64,000 bases of DNA from an uncultured Clostridia bacterium (GCA_944388575.1 CALXJF010000002.1:10163-74162); one strand, 5' to 3'; positions 27,419-38,412 are shown, counted from the first letter of the stretch. Translations and numbers: made by a program. Notes: a model not told the origin generated them from the sequence alone.

Positions 27419-28444
27419 ATGAAAACTAGTGATTTTTATTATGATTTACCACATGAACTTATTGCTCAAACTCCATTAAAAGAAAGGCAAAAATCAAGAA
27501 TGATGGTACTTGATAAAGTAACAGGGAGTATAAAGCATGAAGTATTTGAAAATATAGTTGACTATATAGAAAAAGGAGATACAATAGTTTTAAATGATAC
27601 TAAAGTTTTACCAGCAAGACTTTTTGGACATAGAGAAAAAAAAGATGAAGTAATAGAAGTACTTCTTTTGAAACAAAGAGAGGATGATATATGGCAAACT
27701 TTAGTAAAACCTGGAAAAAAATTAAAGATAGGTACAGAAATAATATTTGATGATGAATTGTTAAAGGCACAAGTAATAGATATTTTGGAGGATGGGCAAA
27801 GAGTAATAAAATTTGAATATAAGGGTATATTTAATGAAATATTAGATAAGCTTGGCACTATGCCACTACCACCATATATAACTGAAAAACTTAAGGATAA
27901 AGACAGATATCAAACTGTATATAGCAAAAATTTAGGTTCTGCAGCCGCGCCAACCGCTGGACTACATTTTACTCAAGAAATTTTAGGAAAATTAAAAAGA
28001 AAAGGTGTAAATATAGTCTACGTTACTTTGCACGTTGGACTTGGAACTTTTAGACCAGTGAAAGTCGAAAATGTAGCTGAGCATAAAATGCATAGTGAAT
28101 ATTTTGTAATTAATAAAGAGGCATGTGATGTTATAAATAGGACAAAAAGTGAGGGGAAAAAAGTATATTGTGTGGGTACTACTTCGTGTAGAGTATTAGA
28201 AAGTGCTACTGACGAAGATGGGATAATACATGAAATGGCTAAGGAAACAAATATATTTATATATCCTGGATATAAATTTAAAATGATTGATGCACTTCTT
28301 ACTAATTTCCATTTACCAGAGTCAACACTTATAATGCTAGTAAGTGCGTTTGCTTCAAAAGAAAATATTATGAATGCATATAATGTCGCAGTTAATGAGA
28401 AATACAGATTTTTTAGCTTTGGAGATTGTATGTTAATAAAATAG
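27419..28444 (+). CDS. queA: S-adenosylmethionine:tRNA ribosyltransferase-isomerase
   Basis: [20 protein letters not shown] start, then [17 protein letters not shown] and [10 protein letters not shown]. Confidence 0.95.
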   Translation: MKTSDFYYDLPHELIAQTPLKERQKSRMMVLDKVTGSIKHEVFENIVDYIEKGDTIVLNDTKVLPARLFGHREKKDEVIEVLLLKQREDDIWQTLVKPGKKLKIGTEIIFDDELLKAQVIDILEDGQRVIKFEYKGIFNEILDKLGTMPLPPYITEKLKDKDRYQTVYSKNLGSAAAPTAGLHFTQEILGKLKRKGVNIVYVTLHVGLGTFRPVKVENVAEHKMHSEYFVINKEACDVINRTKSEGKKVYCVGTTSCRVLESATDEDGIIHEMAKETNIFIYPGYKFKMIDALLTNFHLPESTLIMLVSAFASKENIMNAYNVAVNEKYRFFSFGDCMLIK

Positions 28445-28480
28445 TTTGGAAAAAATAATTAATAAATTTAGGAGGCAAGA

Positions 28481-29380
28481 ATGTTACAAGTAAAAAGTTT
28501 AGTTAAAAGTTTTGGTGAGATTAAAGCAGTTAATAACATTTCTTTTGAGGTGAAAAATGGAAGAATATTTGGACTGCTTGGAAGAAATGGGGCAGGAAAA
28601 TCTACTATTTTTAGGACAATTCTTAATATAATATCTCCAGATTCTGGAAAAATACTATATAATAATAAAATAATCGATGATAATATATCTAATGAAATTG
28701 GATATTTACCAGAAGAAGGTAGTCTTATTTTACAATATACAGTTTTAGAGCAATGTATTTATTATGGATGCTTAAAACAGATGAGTCAAAGTAGAATAAA
28801 AGAGGAATTGCTTAAATGGCTTCAAAGATTTAATATTACACAATATATGAATACAAAATTAAAAGATTTATCAAAAGGAAATAGACAGAAAATCCAATTT
28901 ATAATAGCTATACTTCATGATCCAAGTTTACTTATACTTGATGAACCTTTTTCGGGTTTAGATCCAATTAGCGTAGAAGAACTTAAAAGTGTAATTTTAG
29001 AGCAAAAGGCTTTAAATAAAATGATTGTGTTTTCTTCGCATAGAATGGATCATGTTGAACAAATATGCGATGATATATTAATTTTAGATAAAGGAAATGA
29101 AATTATATCAGGAGATTTACATGAGATAAAAAAACAATATTCGAAGCAAAATATTAGTATTGTAGGTGATTTTGATATTCATAAGTTAAAAAGTGTATCA
29201 GGCATAGAAGATATATCTATTATAGATAAAAATGAATATGTTATAAAAATAAATGATGAAAAAGCTATAAATAAGATTTTAAATGTTATAAAAGACGATA
29301 AGGTATTAAAATTTTCATTACTTGATATATCTCTTAATGATATCTTTATAGAAAGGATAGGAAAAGGCTATGAAGAGTAA
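28481..29380 (+). CDS. ABC transporter ATP-binding protein
   Basis: Walker A GRNGAGKST, signature LSKGNRQK, Walker B LILDEP. Confidence 0.9.
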   Translation: MLQVKSLVKSFGEIKAVNNISFEVKNGRIFGLLGRNGAGKSTIFRTILNIISPDSGKILYNNKIIDDNISNEIGYLPEEGSLILQYTVLEQCIYYGCLKQMSQSRIKEELLKWLQRFNITQYMNTKLKDLSKGNRQKIQFIIAILHDPSLLILDEPFSGLDPISVEELKSVILEQKALNKMIVFSSHRMDHVEQICDDILILDKGNEIISGDLHEIKKQYSKQNISIVGDFDIHKLKSVSGIEDISIIDKNEYVIKINDEKAINKILNVIKDDKVLKFSLLDISLNDIFIERIGKGYEE

Positions 29381-31595
29381 AATTTTTAATGTGGTAAGAT
29401 ATACTGTAGAAAAAAATATTAGAAATAAATGGTTTATAATTCTTAATATATTGTTATTATTAGTTACTATAGTTGCCTTTAATTTTAATACGGTTAAAAA
29501 TATACTTAAGAATAATAATATTTCTTTTGGAGATAAAACACAGATAATTGTATTAGATAATAATAATTTAATATATGATTATTTAAATGAAAAATTTACT
29601 TTAAATAGTGATATTGAATTAATACAAGAAACTGAAAATAAAGAATATACAAAAGATAATGTAGAAAATAATCAAGTAATTGTTACTGTAGAAGAAGATG
29701 ATTTGGATGTAAAAGCTAAAGTTATATCACAAGAAGGAGTTAATGCAAATTATATACAAATAATAGAAGATGCTTTAAAAGAGGCAAAAGAGAAAAAGTA
29801 TGCATCTACTTATAATATTGATTTAGATACTTTAAATAAATTAAAAGAACAGCCTGAAATAGAGAGAATTATGTTAGGCGTAGACAACAATAATACAGAT
29901 AGTAAATATGCTATGCAAACGGTATTTAATTATATTATATTTTTTATTTTATTGTTAATATTATCTAAAATAGCTAACGATATATCACAAGAAAAGATAA
30001 ATAAAAGTATTGAATATGTCTTAACAAGTATTAGTGCTAAGGGATATTTAATAGCAAAGGTATTAAGTATTAATCTAACATTTATAGTTCAAATTGTATT
30101 TACTATGCTATATTTCTTAGTTGCCATGCTTATTAACTCTATACTAAATATGTATATATTAGGGCCAAGTTTAGACATACAAACAGTAGATTTAACGAGT
30201 ATATCTACTTTTGTAGATACAAATTTAATTATATATTGTATAATAGCGTTTATATATTTATTATTAACTATATTTATTCTTTGCATTATACAGGCTATTT
30301 TCTCTTCAAAAACAACAAATATAACTGAGGCTGGTAATGCAACTGTTATATTAATAACAGCAAACTTAATAATATATATGTTATCTACTTTTTTAGTTAC
30401 ACCTTTAAAGGCCCCAACTATAATTTCATATATAGTATCTTGTATTCCAATTGCTTCGATGTATTTTGTACCTACTATGGTACTTTTAGGACAGGCAAAT
30501 ATAATACAAGTAATAATAGCTACTATATTGTTAATTCTATCAGGAATTTTACTTGTAAGATATGGTGCTACATTTTTTAAAAATGGAGTACTTGATTATA
30601 GTAATAAAAAATCTAAAAAAAATAAAGAAGATGAAGATGTTATTGAAGTACAAAAGCAAAAGATTGCTAAAACAGAATATAGTAAGATAGGATATGTTTT
30701 AGGTTTTTCTGTAATATTATTTATATTATTACAGTTAATATTTACATATATATTACAGATTTTAAATGTTCCATTATATAATATTTTAAATAAAAGTATA
30801 TCTTTAGAAACAATAGAAACTATTACACGTATGATATCTTTTGTTATATCTTTGATTGTTCCAGCTTTATTTGTGATGTCATATAGTGAAAAAGAAAAGA
30901 TAGAGAAATGTAATAAAAAGAGTTATTTTAAATATGTTTTAATTGCTTTACCACTAGTATTAATAGTTCAAATCGTTGTTGGAATTATACTTGAGAGAAT
31001 TGGTCTTAATTACGACGTACTAGATAAAGTTAATATGTTTAATGATAAAACTATAATTGGTAAAGTGTTATTCTTTATTGAAGTAGCAGTCCTTCCTGCA
31101 ATTTTTGAAGAATTTTATATAAGAAAAGCAGTATTAAATTATACTAAAAAGTATGGAATATGTTTTGCTGTAATTGCATCGTCGTTACTTTTCTCTGTTG
31201 TTCATTTTAATTTATCACAAATGTTATTTGCATTTATAATGGGAGTAATACTATCAATTATAACATTAAAAACAAATAGTATAGTTCCATCAGGTATGAT
31301 ACACTTACTTAATAATGGGTATGCTGCTTTGGTTATGATATTTGAAAGTAATAATATTGTTTTAGGAATTATAAACATTATATACTTTTCTTTAATATTA
31401 ATTGGAATAGTATTAATCATTATTGAATTAGTCAAAAATAAAGGGAAGTTTATAAAGATAAAAAACACAGTAAAAAAAGAAAGTAACATTATGAAAAAAT
31501 ATAGATATATTTTTTGTGATTATACTTTTATAATTGGTATTATAACTTGTGCAGTTTTATTAGTTGCAACCCAAAAGTTACTCATGATTTTATAA
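29370..31595 (+). CDS. ABC-2-type permease fused to a CPBP (CAAX/Abi) intramembrane protease domain
   Basis: 741 aa and polytopic. The N-terminal half has an ABC-2-like layout (TM1, large loop, then 5 TM helices). The C-terminal part carries CPBP motifs EEFYIRK (EExxxR), FSVVHF (FxxxH) and HLLNN. Overlaps the ATPase gene by 11 nt. Confidence 0.65.
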   Translation: MKSKIFNVVRYTVEKNIRNKWFIILNILLLLVTIVAFNFNTVKNILKNNNISFGDKTQIIVLDNNNLIYDYLNEKFTLNSDIELIQETENKEYTKDNVENNQVIVTVEEDDLDVKAKVISQEGVNANYIQIIEDALKEAKEKKYASTYNIDLDTLNKLKEQPEIERIMLGVDNNNTDSKYAMQTVFNYIIFFILLLILSKIANDISQEKINKSIEYVLTSISAKGYLIAKVLSINLTFIVQIVFTMLYFLVAMLINSILNMYILGPSLDIQTVDLTSISTFVDTNLIIYCIIAFIYLLLTIFILCIIQAIFSSKTTNITEAGNATVILITANLIIYMLSTFLVTPLKAPTIISYIVSCIPIASMYFVPTMVLLGQANIIQVIIATILLILSGILLVRYGATFFKNGVLDYSNKKSKKNKEDEDVIEVQKQKIAKTEYSKIGYVLGFSVILFILLQLIFTYILQILNVPLYNILNKSISLETIETITRMISFVISLIVPALFVMSYSEKEKIEKCNKKSYFKYVLIALPLVLIVQIVVGIILERIGLNYDVLDKVNMFNDKTIIGKVLFFIEVAVLPAIFEEFYIRKAVLNYTKKYGICFAVIASSLLFSVVHFNLSQMLFAFIMGVILSIITLKTNSIVPSGMIHLLNNGYAALVMIFESNNIVLGIINIIYFSLILIGIVLIIIELVKNKGKFIKIKNTVKKESNIMKKYRYIFCDYTFIIGIITCAVLLVATQKLLMIL

Positions 31596-31669
31596 CAAGT
31601 TAATAAAAAAGCAATAAAGCTATTGTATCAAATGTTTAATATATATTATAAATCGTAGGGGGATTGGTC

Positions 31670-32263
31670 ATGGAAATTGTAGGTTTTATATTAAGTCTTA
31701 TTGCACTTATTTGCTCTTTTATACCTTTTCTTGGAATTATTATTGCTATAGTAGCATTAATAATTTCAATTGTTGGTCTAGTAAAAAATAGAGAAAAAGG
31801 AAAAAAAGCATTAAAAATAGCAGGAATAGTAATTTCATCTATTGCGATGATTATATGTACTGTTATGACTATTGCAACATTTAGTTTTGTATATATGAAT
31901 CAAAAAAATGTTGAAGTTATAGATGGTGTTAAACTATCTTTACTAAAAAGTGAAGTATACGAGTTAAATCAAGAAGTTGCATTATATATAGATTATGAAA
32001 AAACATTAGATGAAAATATTACTATAGAAGAAATCATAAAAAGAGATTTATTATCTTTAAGAGAAGAAAATATACTATATGATAGTAATTCTGTAAAAGA
32101 TATAGAAGATGAAGAACTAAGAGAAAGTATAGCTTTAAATGATGTTGATAAATTATATTATAAAATAAACAATGAAAAATTAAATGTTTCATCTAGTATA
32201 AATTTGGATGATTATGTTATAGACTTAGAAGGAAAAGTATATATAAATTCACAAATTGATTAA
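31670..32263 (+). CDS. Hypothetical membrane protein
   Basis: Two or three N-terminal TM helices and an acidic C-terminal domain. ATG 31670 lies 8 nt after aggggga. Confidence 0.5.
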   Translation: MEIVGFILSLIALICSFIPFLGIIIAIVALIISIVGLVKNREKGKKALKIAGIVISSIAMIICTVMTIATFSFVYMNQKNVEVIDGVKLSLLKSEVYELNQEVALYIDYEKTLDENITIEEIIKRDLLSLREENILYDSNSVKDIEDEELRESIALNDVDKLYYKINNEKLNVSSSINLDDYVIDLEGKVYINSQID

Positions 32264-32270
32264 AAATAGA

Positions 32271-32311
32271 TCCTAAATGTAATCTTTTGGTATACATTTA
32301 GGATTTGTTTT
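32271..32311 (+). terminator. Rho-independent terminator
   Basis: tcctaaatgt / acatttagga stem followed by tttgtttt. Confidence 0.7.
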
Positions 32312-32537
32312 AACTTTAAACTATTACATAATTAGTTTAGAGGACAAATATGTATAAATAGGGGGACTAATGAAGTATATTAAAAAATTTTAAAAAACTC
32401 ATTGCTGTGTGGATACATGTGTTGAAATGGTGTTGAACAGACATAAAATTAAAAATTCGGGGTAGGCTTTTATTTAATTACAAAAGGTAACTAAATAAAA
32501 TAAATATATGCGAAGCATATAAATATCACATTTGCAC

Positions 32538-32565
32538 TTGACATAAATAAAAAGAATGATATAAT
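32538..32565 (+). promoter_or_regulatory. Sigma-A-type promoter with extended -10
   Basis: TTGACA, 16-nt spacer, TGaTATAAT. Confidence 0.5.
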
Positions 32566-32631
32566 ATCTAGTATAACAATATAGGTTATACAGTATATTA
32601 GCTGTATTGGTAAAAAGAAAGGAGTAAATTT

Positions 32632-33312
32632 ATGCCTGGATATTATATTCATCTTGCATCATGTAATACGGAAGCACTTAGCAATCGTAGATTTGTTTTA
32701 GGCGTAGAGGCACCGGATTTATTAAAAAAGTATTACAAAACTTATGGTGAAGTTGAGAAAGTTTTTGCTAAGTATGAAAGCCTTCTTCTTTATCGTTTTC
32801 CAGATTTGATCAGACTTAAGCAACGTATTTTGCAAAAAGAGAAATCAGGTTGTACAGACGGTTTACATTATGGATTGAGTAGTACTCCAAATGTTATAGC
32901 TTTTTGGTGTAGTTTGAATAAAAATGAAAAGATAGATCCATTTTGGAGAGGGTATGCTTGGCATCTATTGACTGATGCGATTATGTATGGTAGACTCAAT
33001 ATTGATGATAAGTTTCGAAAAGCTTTAGAAATTAATAAAGATGCTCCTAATATTGAGCAACTTAAGATAATCGAAGTAAATAGGCTACATGAAGACTGGG
33101 ATAGAACTAACGCAAAAGTTCGTAACACTTATCCTGAAGTTACTTTGCCTAAAGAAATTGAGGAACTTAGCATTGTTAAGTTTATTGAAGAGGGAGATTT
33201 GGTTTATGTTGATTGGCATATAGTTAAAAGTACTATTGAATATTTAAGATCCTTTGACCAGATGTACGGAAATATGGATTCTATTATTGTTGAGGTATTA
33301 AATAACATCTAA
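32632..33312 (+). CDS. Hypothetical protein
   Basis: 226-aa ORF with RBS aaaggag upstream. The N-terminal GYYIHL and later WHLLTD histidines hint at a metal-dependent hydrolase. Not assignable. Confidence 0.45.
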   Translation: MPGYYIHLASCNTEALSNRRFVLGVEAPDLLKKYYKTYGEVEKVFAKYESLLLYRFPDLIRLKQRILQKEKSGCTDGLHYGLSSTPNVIAFWCSLNKNEKIDPFWRGYAWHLLTDAIMYGRLNIDDKFRKALEINKDAPNIEQLKIIEVNRLHEDWDRTNAKVRNTYPEVTLPKEIEELSIVKFIEEGDLVYVDWHIVKSTIEYLRSFDQMYGNMDSIIVEVLNNI

Positions 33313-33348
33313 TTAATACAGAATCTTTGAGAATTTTATGAATAAAAA

Positions 33349-33385
33349 AAAGACACTATATAAATTATAAAAATATAGTGTCTTT
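33349..33385. terminator. Bidirectional terminator between convergent genes
   Basis: aaagacactatat / atatagtgtcttt 13-bp stem flanked by A and T runs. Confidence 0.75.
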
Positions 33386-33408
33386 TGGCTATTTAAATGT
33401 ATATCTTA

Positions 33409-34707
33409 TTATTCCGTTTTATTATCTTCTGTTTTTGCAAAGACTTCATCCTTGTTAAAACATTCGACGATTTGACACATTGCATTAATATGATATTTCA
33501 TATTAACTATTTGAGATAAGTACTCTGGATAATATAACTTCCCATAAGTACAAAGAGGATCAATAAAGTTATGTCCTTCGTCAAGATATTCTGCTAATTC
33601 GTCTAGAGAATAAGAAGTTAAAATAGTACAAGTATTAGCTCTATTAGATAATTTTATTAATAAAGCTTGAGGATTTTTTTTCAAATTCTCATAGTATATT
33701 TCCTTGCTTATTGCTTCATCACGCGATACAAGTTTAATTAATTCTAAAACTTCTGGATCAAGTTTATATGTTTCAATTAATTCATTACCGCCATTTGGAA
33801 GATCACATTTTTTTAATACTTCGTGAAGAAGAGCTGCCGCACAAGTAACATCGTTACTTAAATTCAAAGAAATCAAGTAGGAACATACTCTAAGTGGATG
33901 TATTATAAAGGGATCTCCACTTTTTCTAAGTTGGCCTTGATGAAAGCGCTCTGCAAGAGCTAATGCAATTAAAGTGTTATGCATTTTTCTGGCAGTAGCA
34001 AATCCTCTAATAAACAATAATGTCTTTTTATATCTATTCGGATTATATGAAGTATGTTTATTAAATAATGAGGATATTGTTTCACAAATGGATACTATAT
34101 GGTATTTTATAATAGTAACAGCATTTGAAAGTTCAGGATAATATTCTTTTGCATAAGCACATAAAGGATATATAAGGTCAACTGTTTCTTCAACGTAAGA
34201 TATTAGCTTGTCCTTAGTAAAAGCTTCAACCATAGTGGAACAATTATTTGTTCTGTCAGCTAGTTTTATAATAAGGGCCCTTTTGTCTTCTTTAATTTTA
34301 TCGTAATAAATATTTTCTGGTATACCTTTTTTCTTAGTCAATAATAAAACGATATCAACTACTTCTTTTGGAAGATTATAATGATCAATAAATTCTTTTC
34401 CGTCATATGGAAGATTACAATCTTCAATAACATCATGAAGAATAGCTGCAGCGCAAGTAATATCGTCATCTATTTTAAGATTGATAAGGTATGAAGTTAC
34501 TTCTAAAGGATGAATTATATAAGGTTCACCACCTTTTCTAAATTGCCCTTTATGATAGTGCTTAGCAATACCAAGTGCTATTAGTGTATTATTCATTCCT
34601 TTTCCGATTGCGTATCCTTTGATAAAATTATAAGTTTCTTCCCAGTTATTAAAAGAGCTAGCATGAACTGATAACGTTACATTTTTTTTAGAATCTTTAT
34701 TGTTCAT
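33409..34707 (-). CDS. Protein with two tandem SpoT/RelA-type HD (pyrophosphohydrolase) domains and no synthetase domain
   Basis: The two halves are clearly paralogous: HKGQFRKGGEPYIIHPLEVTSYL...CAAAILHDVIED...LIIKLADRTNN and HQGQLRKSGDPFIIHPLRVCSYL...CAAALLHEVLKK...LLIKLSNRANT. Confidence 0.7.
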   Translation of the reverse strand: MNNKDSKKNVTLSVHASSFNNWEETYNFIKGYAIGKGMNNTLIALGIAKHYHKGQFRKGGEPYIIHPLEVTSYLINLKIDDDITCAAAILHDVIEDCNLPYDGKEFIDHYNLPKEVVDIVLLLTKKKGIPENIYYDKIKEDKRALIIKLADRTNNCSTMVEAFTKDKLISYVEETVDLIYPLCAYAKEYYPELSNAVTIIKYHIVSICETISSLFNKHTSYNPNRYKKTLLFIRGFATARKMHNTLIALALAERFHQGQLRKSGDPFIIHPLRVCSYLISLNLSNDVTCAAALLHEVLKKCDLPNGGNELIETYKLDPEVLELIKLVSRDEAISKEIYYENLKKNPQALLIKLSNRANTCTILTSYSLDELAEYLDEGHNFIDPLCTYGKLYYPEYLSQIVNMKYHINAMCQIVECFNKDEVFAKTEDNKTE

Positions 34708-35458
34708 TTTTATACCCCTTTCTTACTAAAGATTGGCTATATGTTTCTTTTGCACATATTATATAATTTATAATTATTATAGTCAACTAAAATTTGGAAA
34801 AATATATTAAATTTTTAACTAATTTCTTAATTATAAAAAGTATATATGCCTTAAAATTATTCTAAAAGTTGTATATAAAGTAAAAATATATTGTGAATAT
34901 GTTATACTGAAAGTGTAATTATTTATGCAGTGTTATATTAATTAAAAAAGAAAATAGTAAGTACAAAATTAAAATAAATTCCAAGACAAAAAGTAGAAAT
35001 AAAAAATGTATAAGATTTATCTATTTTAATATTTATTTATATTTTGGTACCGTCTAACATATTTATTATTTTATGTATATTTTTATTATTTTATTTCAAT
35101 TTCATCTTCTTATATAGGCTTTTCAATTGCTTTAGCTATTAATTCTTAAGCAAAATATTTTTAAGCATTTTTATTACACTTTAGATTTTTTTAGTCATAG
35201 TAGAATATATATTTTTTTAGTTGTTTCTTAAAATCATTTTTTTATTAATACATCAAAAAAGTGATGTATGTGATCTTGAATAAAAAATTAACTGATTATT
35301 TTTTTTAACATAGTTACAGCAGTTTTTTCAACTATATTTATTATTTAAGTATATAAAAATATTGAACCAAAAATTATTTTTCTATTTAATATTTTTTTAC
35401 TTCTTTTTCAGCAATCTAAAATTAAAATTGATTTTTTTATGTTAGTATATTATAATAT

Positions 35459-36020
35459 TTGAGTAAAATAGAAATTCATTTAGATAGATTGGAAAAACAT
35501 TATGGAAAATATGATTTTTATAGATTATTTAATTTTACATGTATAATAAGAAAGAATGGTATATGTAAAACAATAAAAAAAGAAAATATAGAAATTATAA
35601 TATTTGAAAATTTATATGATAAAAATTTTAAAAAATATAATCTGGAGGATATATATAATCTTTATAATAATTATGGGGAAAATATTTATTATTTAGATGT
35701 AATCTATTCATTAATTATAATAGATTATAAATTAAATAGATTATTTATTTATCAAGATTTTTTTGGCGTAACCAAAATATATATTTCTTTTATAATCAAA
35801 ATAAATTATTCATTTCTAATAAATTAAAAGAAATTATTAATCAAAATGAATATGAATTTAGAATTAATTATAAAGTTATAAGACAGTTTTTAAAAAATGG
35901 TTATATTGTAGGTAAAGAGACTTTAGTAAAAAATATATATAAAGTTCTAAATAAAAAATATTTAGTAATAAATTTAAAAACTAAATTTATAAATTTAAAA
36001 AATTTTTTTATAACATATTA
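35459..36020 (+). pseudogene. Relic of an asparagine synthase (AsnB-like) gene
   Basis: LEDIYNLYNNYGENIYYLDVIYSLIIIDYKLNRLFIYQDFFGVTKIY follows the AsnB glutaminase-domain pattern (D.E.i..lY...G....l.G.Fa..i.D.....l...RD.fG.KPLYY). It continues in another frame as ...IRQFLKNGYIVGKETLVKNIYKVL. The catalytic N-terminus and the synthetase domain are missing. Confidence 0.55.
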
Positions 36021-36148
36021 AAAAGATTTTTATTGTAGAACAAAAAAAATATTTGAATGGGAATTTTAACGGTTATAATTTAAAAGATTATTTTACTGAT
36101 ATAAAAAATGTAAAAAATAACAGTAGAATTAAACAAGGAGGCAAGTAA

Positions 36149-37420
36149 ATGAAAGTTATAATTATTGGATTAGGATATGTAGGATTGCCTATAGCAATTT
36201 CTTTTGCCAAAAAATATGATACTTATGGTTTTGATATTAATGAAACTAAAATACAAAAATATAAAGAGGGGATTGATTTAACTGAAGAGGTGGGAAGTGA
36301 TGAATTGAATAATACACATTTACACTTTACAAGTAATTCTGAAGATATAAAAAAAGCTGATGTTATTATCATTACAGTACCAACCCCAATTGATAAAAAT
36401 AATAAACCTAATTTAAGTGATTTAAAAAATGCAACAAATATGGTAGCAATGAATTTAAAAAAAGGTAGTATAATTATTTACGAATCAACAGTATATCCAG
36501 GAACTACAGAAGAAGTTTGCGTTCCTATTATAGAAAAAGTTTCTGGATATATATACAATAAAGATTTTTTTGTAGGTTATTCTCCAGAAAGAATTAATCC
36601 TGGTGATAAAAAACATAAGTTTGAAAATATCAAAAAGATAGTATCTGGATCTAATTATGAAGTTACTGAAAAGATTGCTGATTTATATCAAAAATGTTTA
36701 GTACGTAAACCTGTTAAAGTTTCATCTATAAAGGTTGCTGAAGCAGCAAAAATAATTGAAAATTCACAAAGAGATATAAATATTGCTTTTATAAATGAGA
36801 TATCAAAAATATTTCATATTATGAATATTGATACTTATGAAGTTTTAGAAGCAGCTTCTACAAAATGGAATTTTTTAAATTTTAAACCTGGTTTGGTAGG
36901 TGGACATTGTATAGGAGTTGATCCATATTATTTAGCCTATAAAGCAAGAAAAATGAATTTTAATCCAAAGGTAATTCTCTCAGGAAGAAAAATGAATGAT
37001 TCTATGGGATATTATATAGCTGAAAATATAAAAGAGAAGATACTGGCTCATGATTTATCTCTTGAAAATTCTAATGTTTTAATAAAAGGTTTAACTTTTA
37101 AAGAAAATGTAAATGATATAAGAAATTCAAAAGTTATGGATATCATAAAATATTTAAAAAAAGAAAATATAAATGTATATTTAGAAGACAAGCATGTAAA
37201 TAATTTTGAATTAAAAAAAATGTATAATTATTCATTGAGTAACAATATACCAAAAGTTGATGTAGTTGTTTTTGCTGTTAAGCATAAAGAATATTATAAT
37301 ATGAATATAGAAGATTTAAATAATTTATATGATAATAAATACAAAATAGTATTTGATATACACGGGATATTTAATAAAAATGAATTATTAGAAAGGGGAT
37401 TTGAAGTATGGAGATTATAG
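36149..37420 (+). CDS. UDP-N-acetylhexosamine 6-dehydrogenase (TviB/WbpO-like nucleotide-sugar dehydrogenase)
   Basis: N-terminal Rossmann IIGLGYVGLP. The catalytic-Cys motif GGHCIGVDPYYL is typical of the TviB/WbpO subgroup. 423 aa. Confidence 0.8.
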   Translation: MKVIIIGLGYVGLPIAISFAKKYDTYGFDINETKIQKYKEGIDLTEEVGSDELNNTHLHFTSNSEDIKKADVIIITVPTPIDKNNKPNLSDLKNATNMVAMNLKKGSIIIYESTVYPGTTEEVCVPIIEKVSGYIYNKDFFVGYSPERINPGDKKHKFENIKKIVSGSNYEVTEKIADLYQKCLVRKPVKVSSIKVAEAAKIIENSQRDINIAFINEISKIFHIMNIDTYEVLEAASTKWNFLNFKPGLVGGHCIGVDPYYLAYKARKMNFNPKVILSGRKMNDSMGYYIAENIKEKILAHDLSLENSNVLIKGLTFKENVNDIRNSKVMDIIKYLKKENINVYLEDKHVNNFELKKMYNYSLSNNIPKVDVVVFAVKHKEYYNMNIEDLNNLYDNKYKIVFDIHGIFNKNELLERGFEVWRL

Positions 37421-38379
37421 ATATAGATCAAAAATATAATGTTTTAATAACAGGAGTTGCAGGTTTTATTGGTTCAAATTTAGCTGAAGCATGTTTAGAG
37501 TCGGGATTTTATGTTAGAGGGATTGATAATTTTTATAATGGAAGAAGAGAGAATATTACAGAATTATTAAAAAATGAAAAATTTGAATTTGTTGAAGGAG
37601 ATATTTGTGATTATAAATTATGTGAGAGTATTTGTAAAGATATTGATTTTGTATTTCATGAAGCTGCATGGGGAGCGGTTCCAAAATCAATTATACAACC
37701 GTTAGACTATACAAAAAATAATATATTAGGTACACATAACATTCTGCATTCTGCTTATATGAATAATGTAAAAGGTGTAATATATGCTTCATCTGCTTCA
37801 GTTTATGGTGATAATGATGATAAAGTTAAAATTATTGGAAATGAAGGTAATGTATTATCTCCATATGCACTTAGTAAAAAGGCAAATGAAGAAACAGCTT
37901 TATTATATTATAACTTATATGGATTAAAAACGGTAGGATTGAGGTACTTTAATGTTTTTGGTAGGAAGCAAAATCCATATTCTGAATATTCTGCAGTTAT
38001 ACCAAAGTTTATAAAAGCTATTTTAGAAAATAAAGAAATAAAAATAAATGGTGACGGAGAACAAAGTAGAGATTTCACATATATTGATAACGTTATTGAG
38101 GCTAATTTGAAAGCATGTATGTCTATAAATAATGCTGCTGGACAAGTTTTTAATGTAGGTTTTGGTGAAAGCACATCTGTTAATAAATTATATAATTTAA
38201 TAAGCAATTTATTAAGAAAAGAGACAAATGTAAAATATGTCCCTGAAAGAAAAGGAGATATAAAAAATTCATTATCAGATATAAGTAAAACTAAAATGGT
38301 TTTAGAATATAATCCAAAATATAGTATACAAGATGGTTTGGAAAAAACAATTGAGTGGTACTTAAAGAATTTAAATTAA
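37408..38379 (+). CDS. NAD-dependent nucleotide-sugar 4-epimerase (TviC/WbpP-like)
   Basis: ITGVAGFIGSNL Rossmann motif and YALSK (YxxxK) catalytic motif. Overlaps the dehydrogenase gene by 13 nt. Confidence 0.8.
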   Translation: MEIIDIDQKYNVLITGVAGFIGSNLAEACLESGFYVRGIDNFYNGRRENITELLKNEKFEFVEGDICDYKLCESICKDIDFVFHEAAWGAVPKSIIQPLDYTKNNILGTHNILHSAYMNNVKGVIYASSASVYGDNDDKVKIIGNEGNVLSPYALSKKANEETALLYYNLYGLKTVGLRYFNVFGRKQNPYSEYSAVIPKFIKAILENKEIKINGDGEQSRDFTYIDNVIEANLKACMSINNAAGQVFNVGFGESTSVNKLYNLISNLLRKETNVKYVPERKGDIKNSLSDISKTKMVLEYNPKYSIQDGLEKTIEWYLKNLN

Positions 38380-38412
38380 AAAAATTTTTAATATTAATAA
38401 AGGAGTAGTTTT

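Noticed and set aside
32345-32395. Tiny ORF (MKYIKKF) after aggggg in the 32264-32631 intergenic region as a possible leader peptide
   Set aside because: It has only 7 codons. No attenuator-like alternative structures are evident and nothing links it to the downstream gene.
35459-35827. 122-aa ORF in the six-frame track offered as a possible gene
   Set aside because: It starts with TTG and has no RBS. Its sequence is a degraded AsnB glutaminase-domain fragment that continues in another frame, so I treated it as a pseudogene relic.
34708-36148. 1.4-kb AT-rich non-coding stretch considered as a possible mobile element, prophage end or origin-like region
   Set aside because: I could find no inverted or direct terminal repeats, integrase, transposase or DnaA-box clusters. 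The only recognisable content is the AsnB-like relic, so it is best explained as decayed coding DNA.
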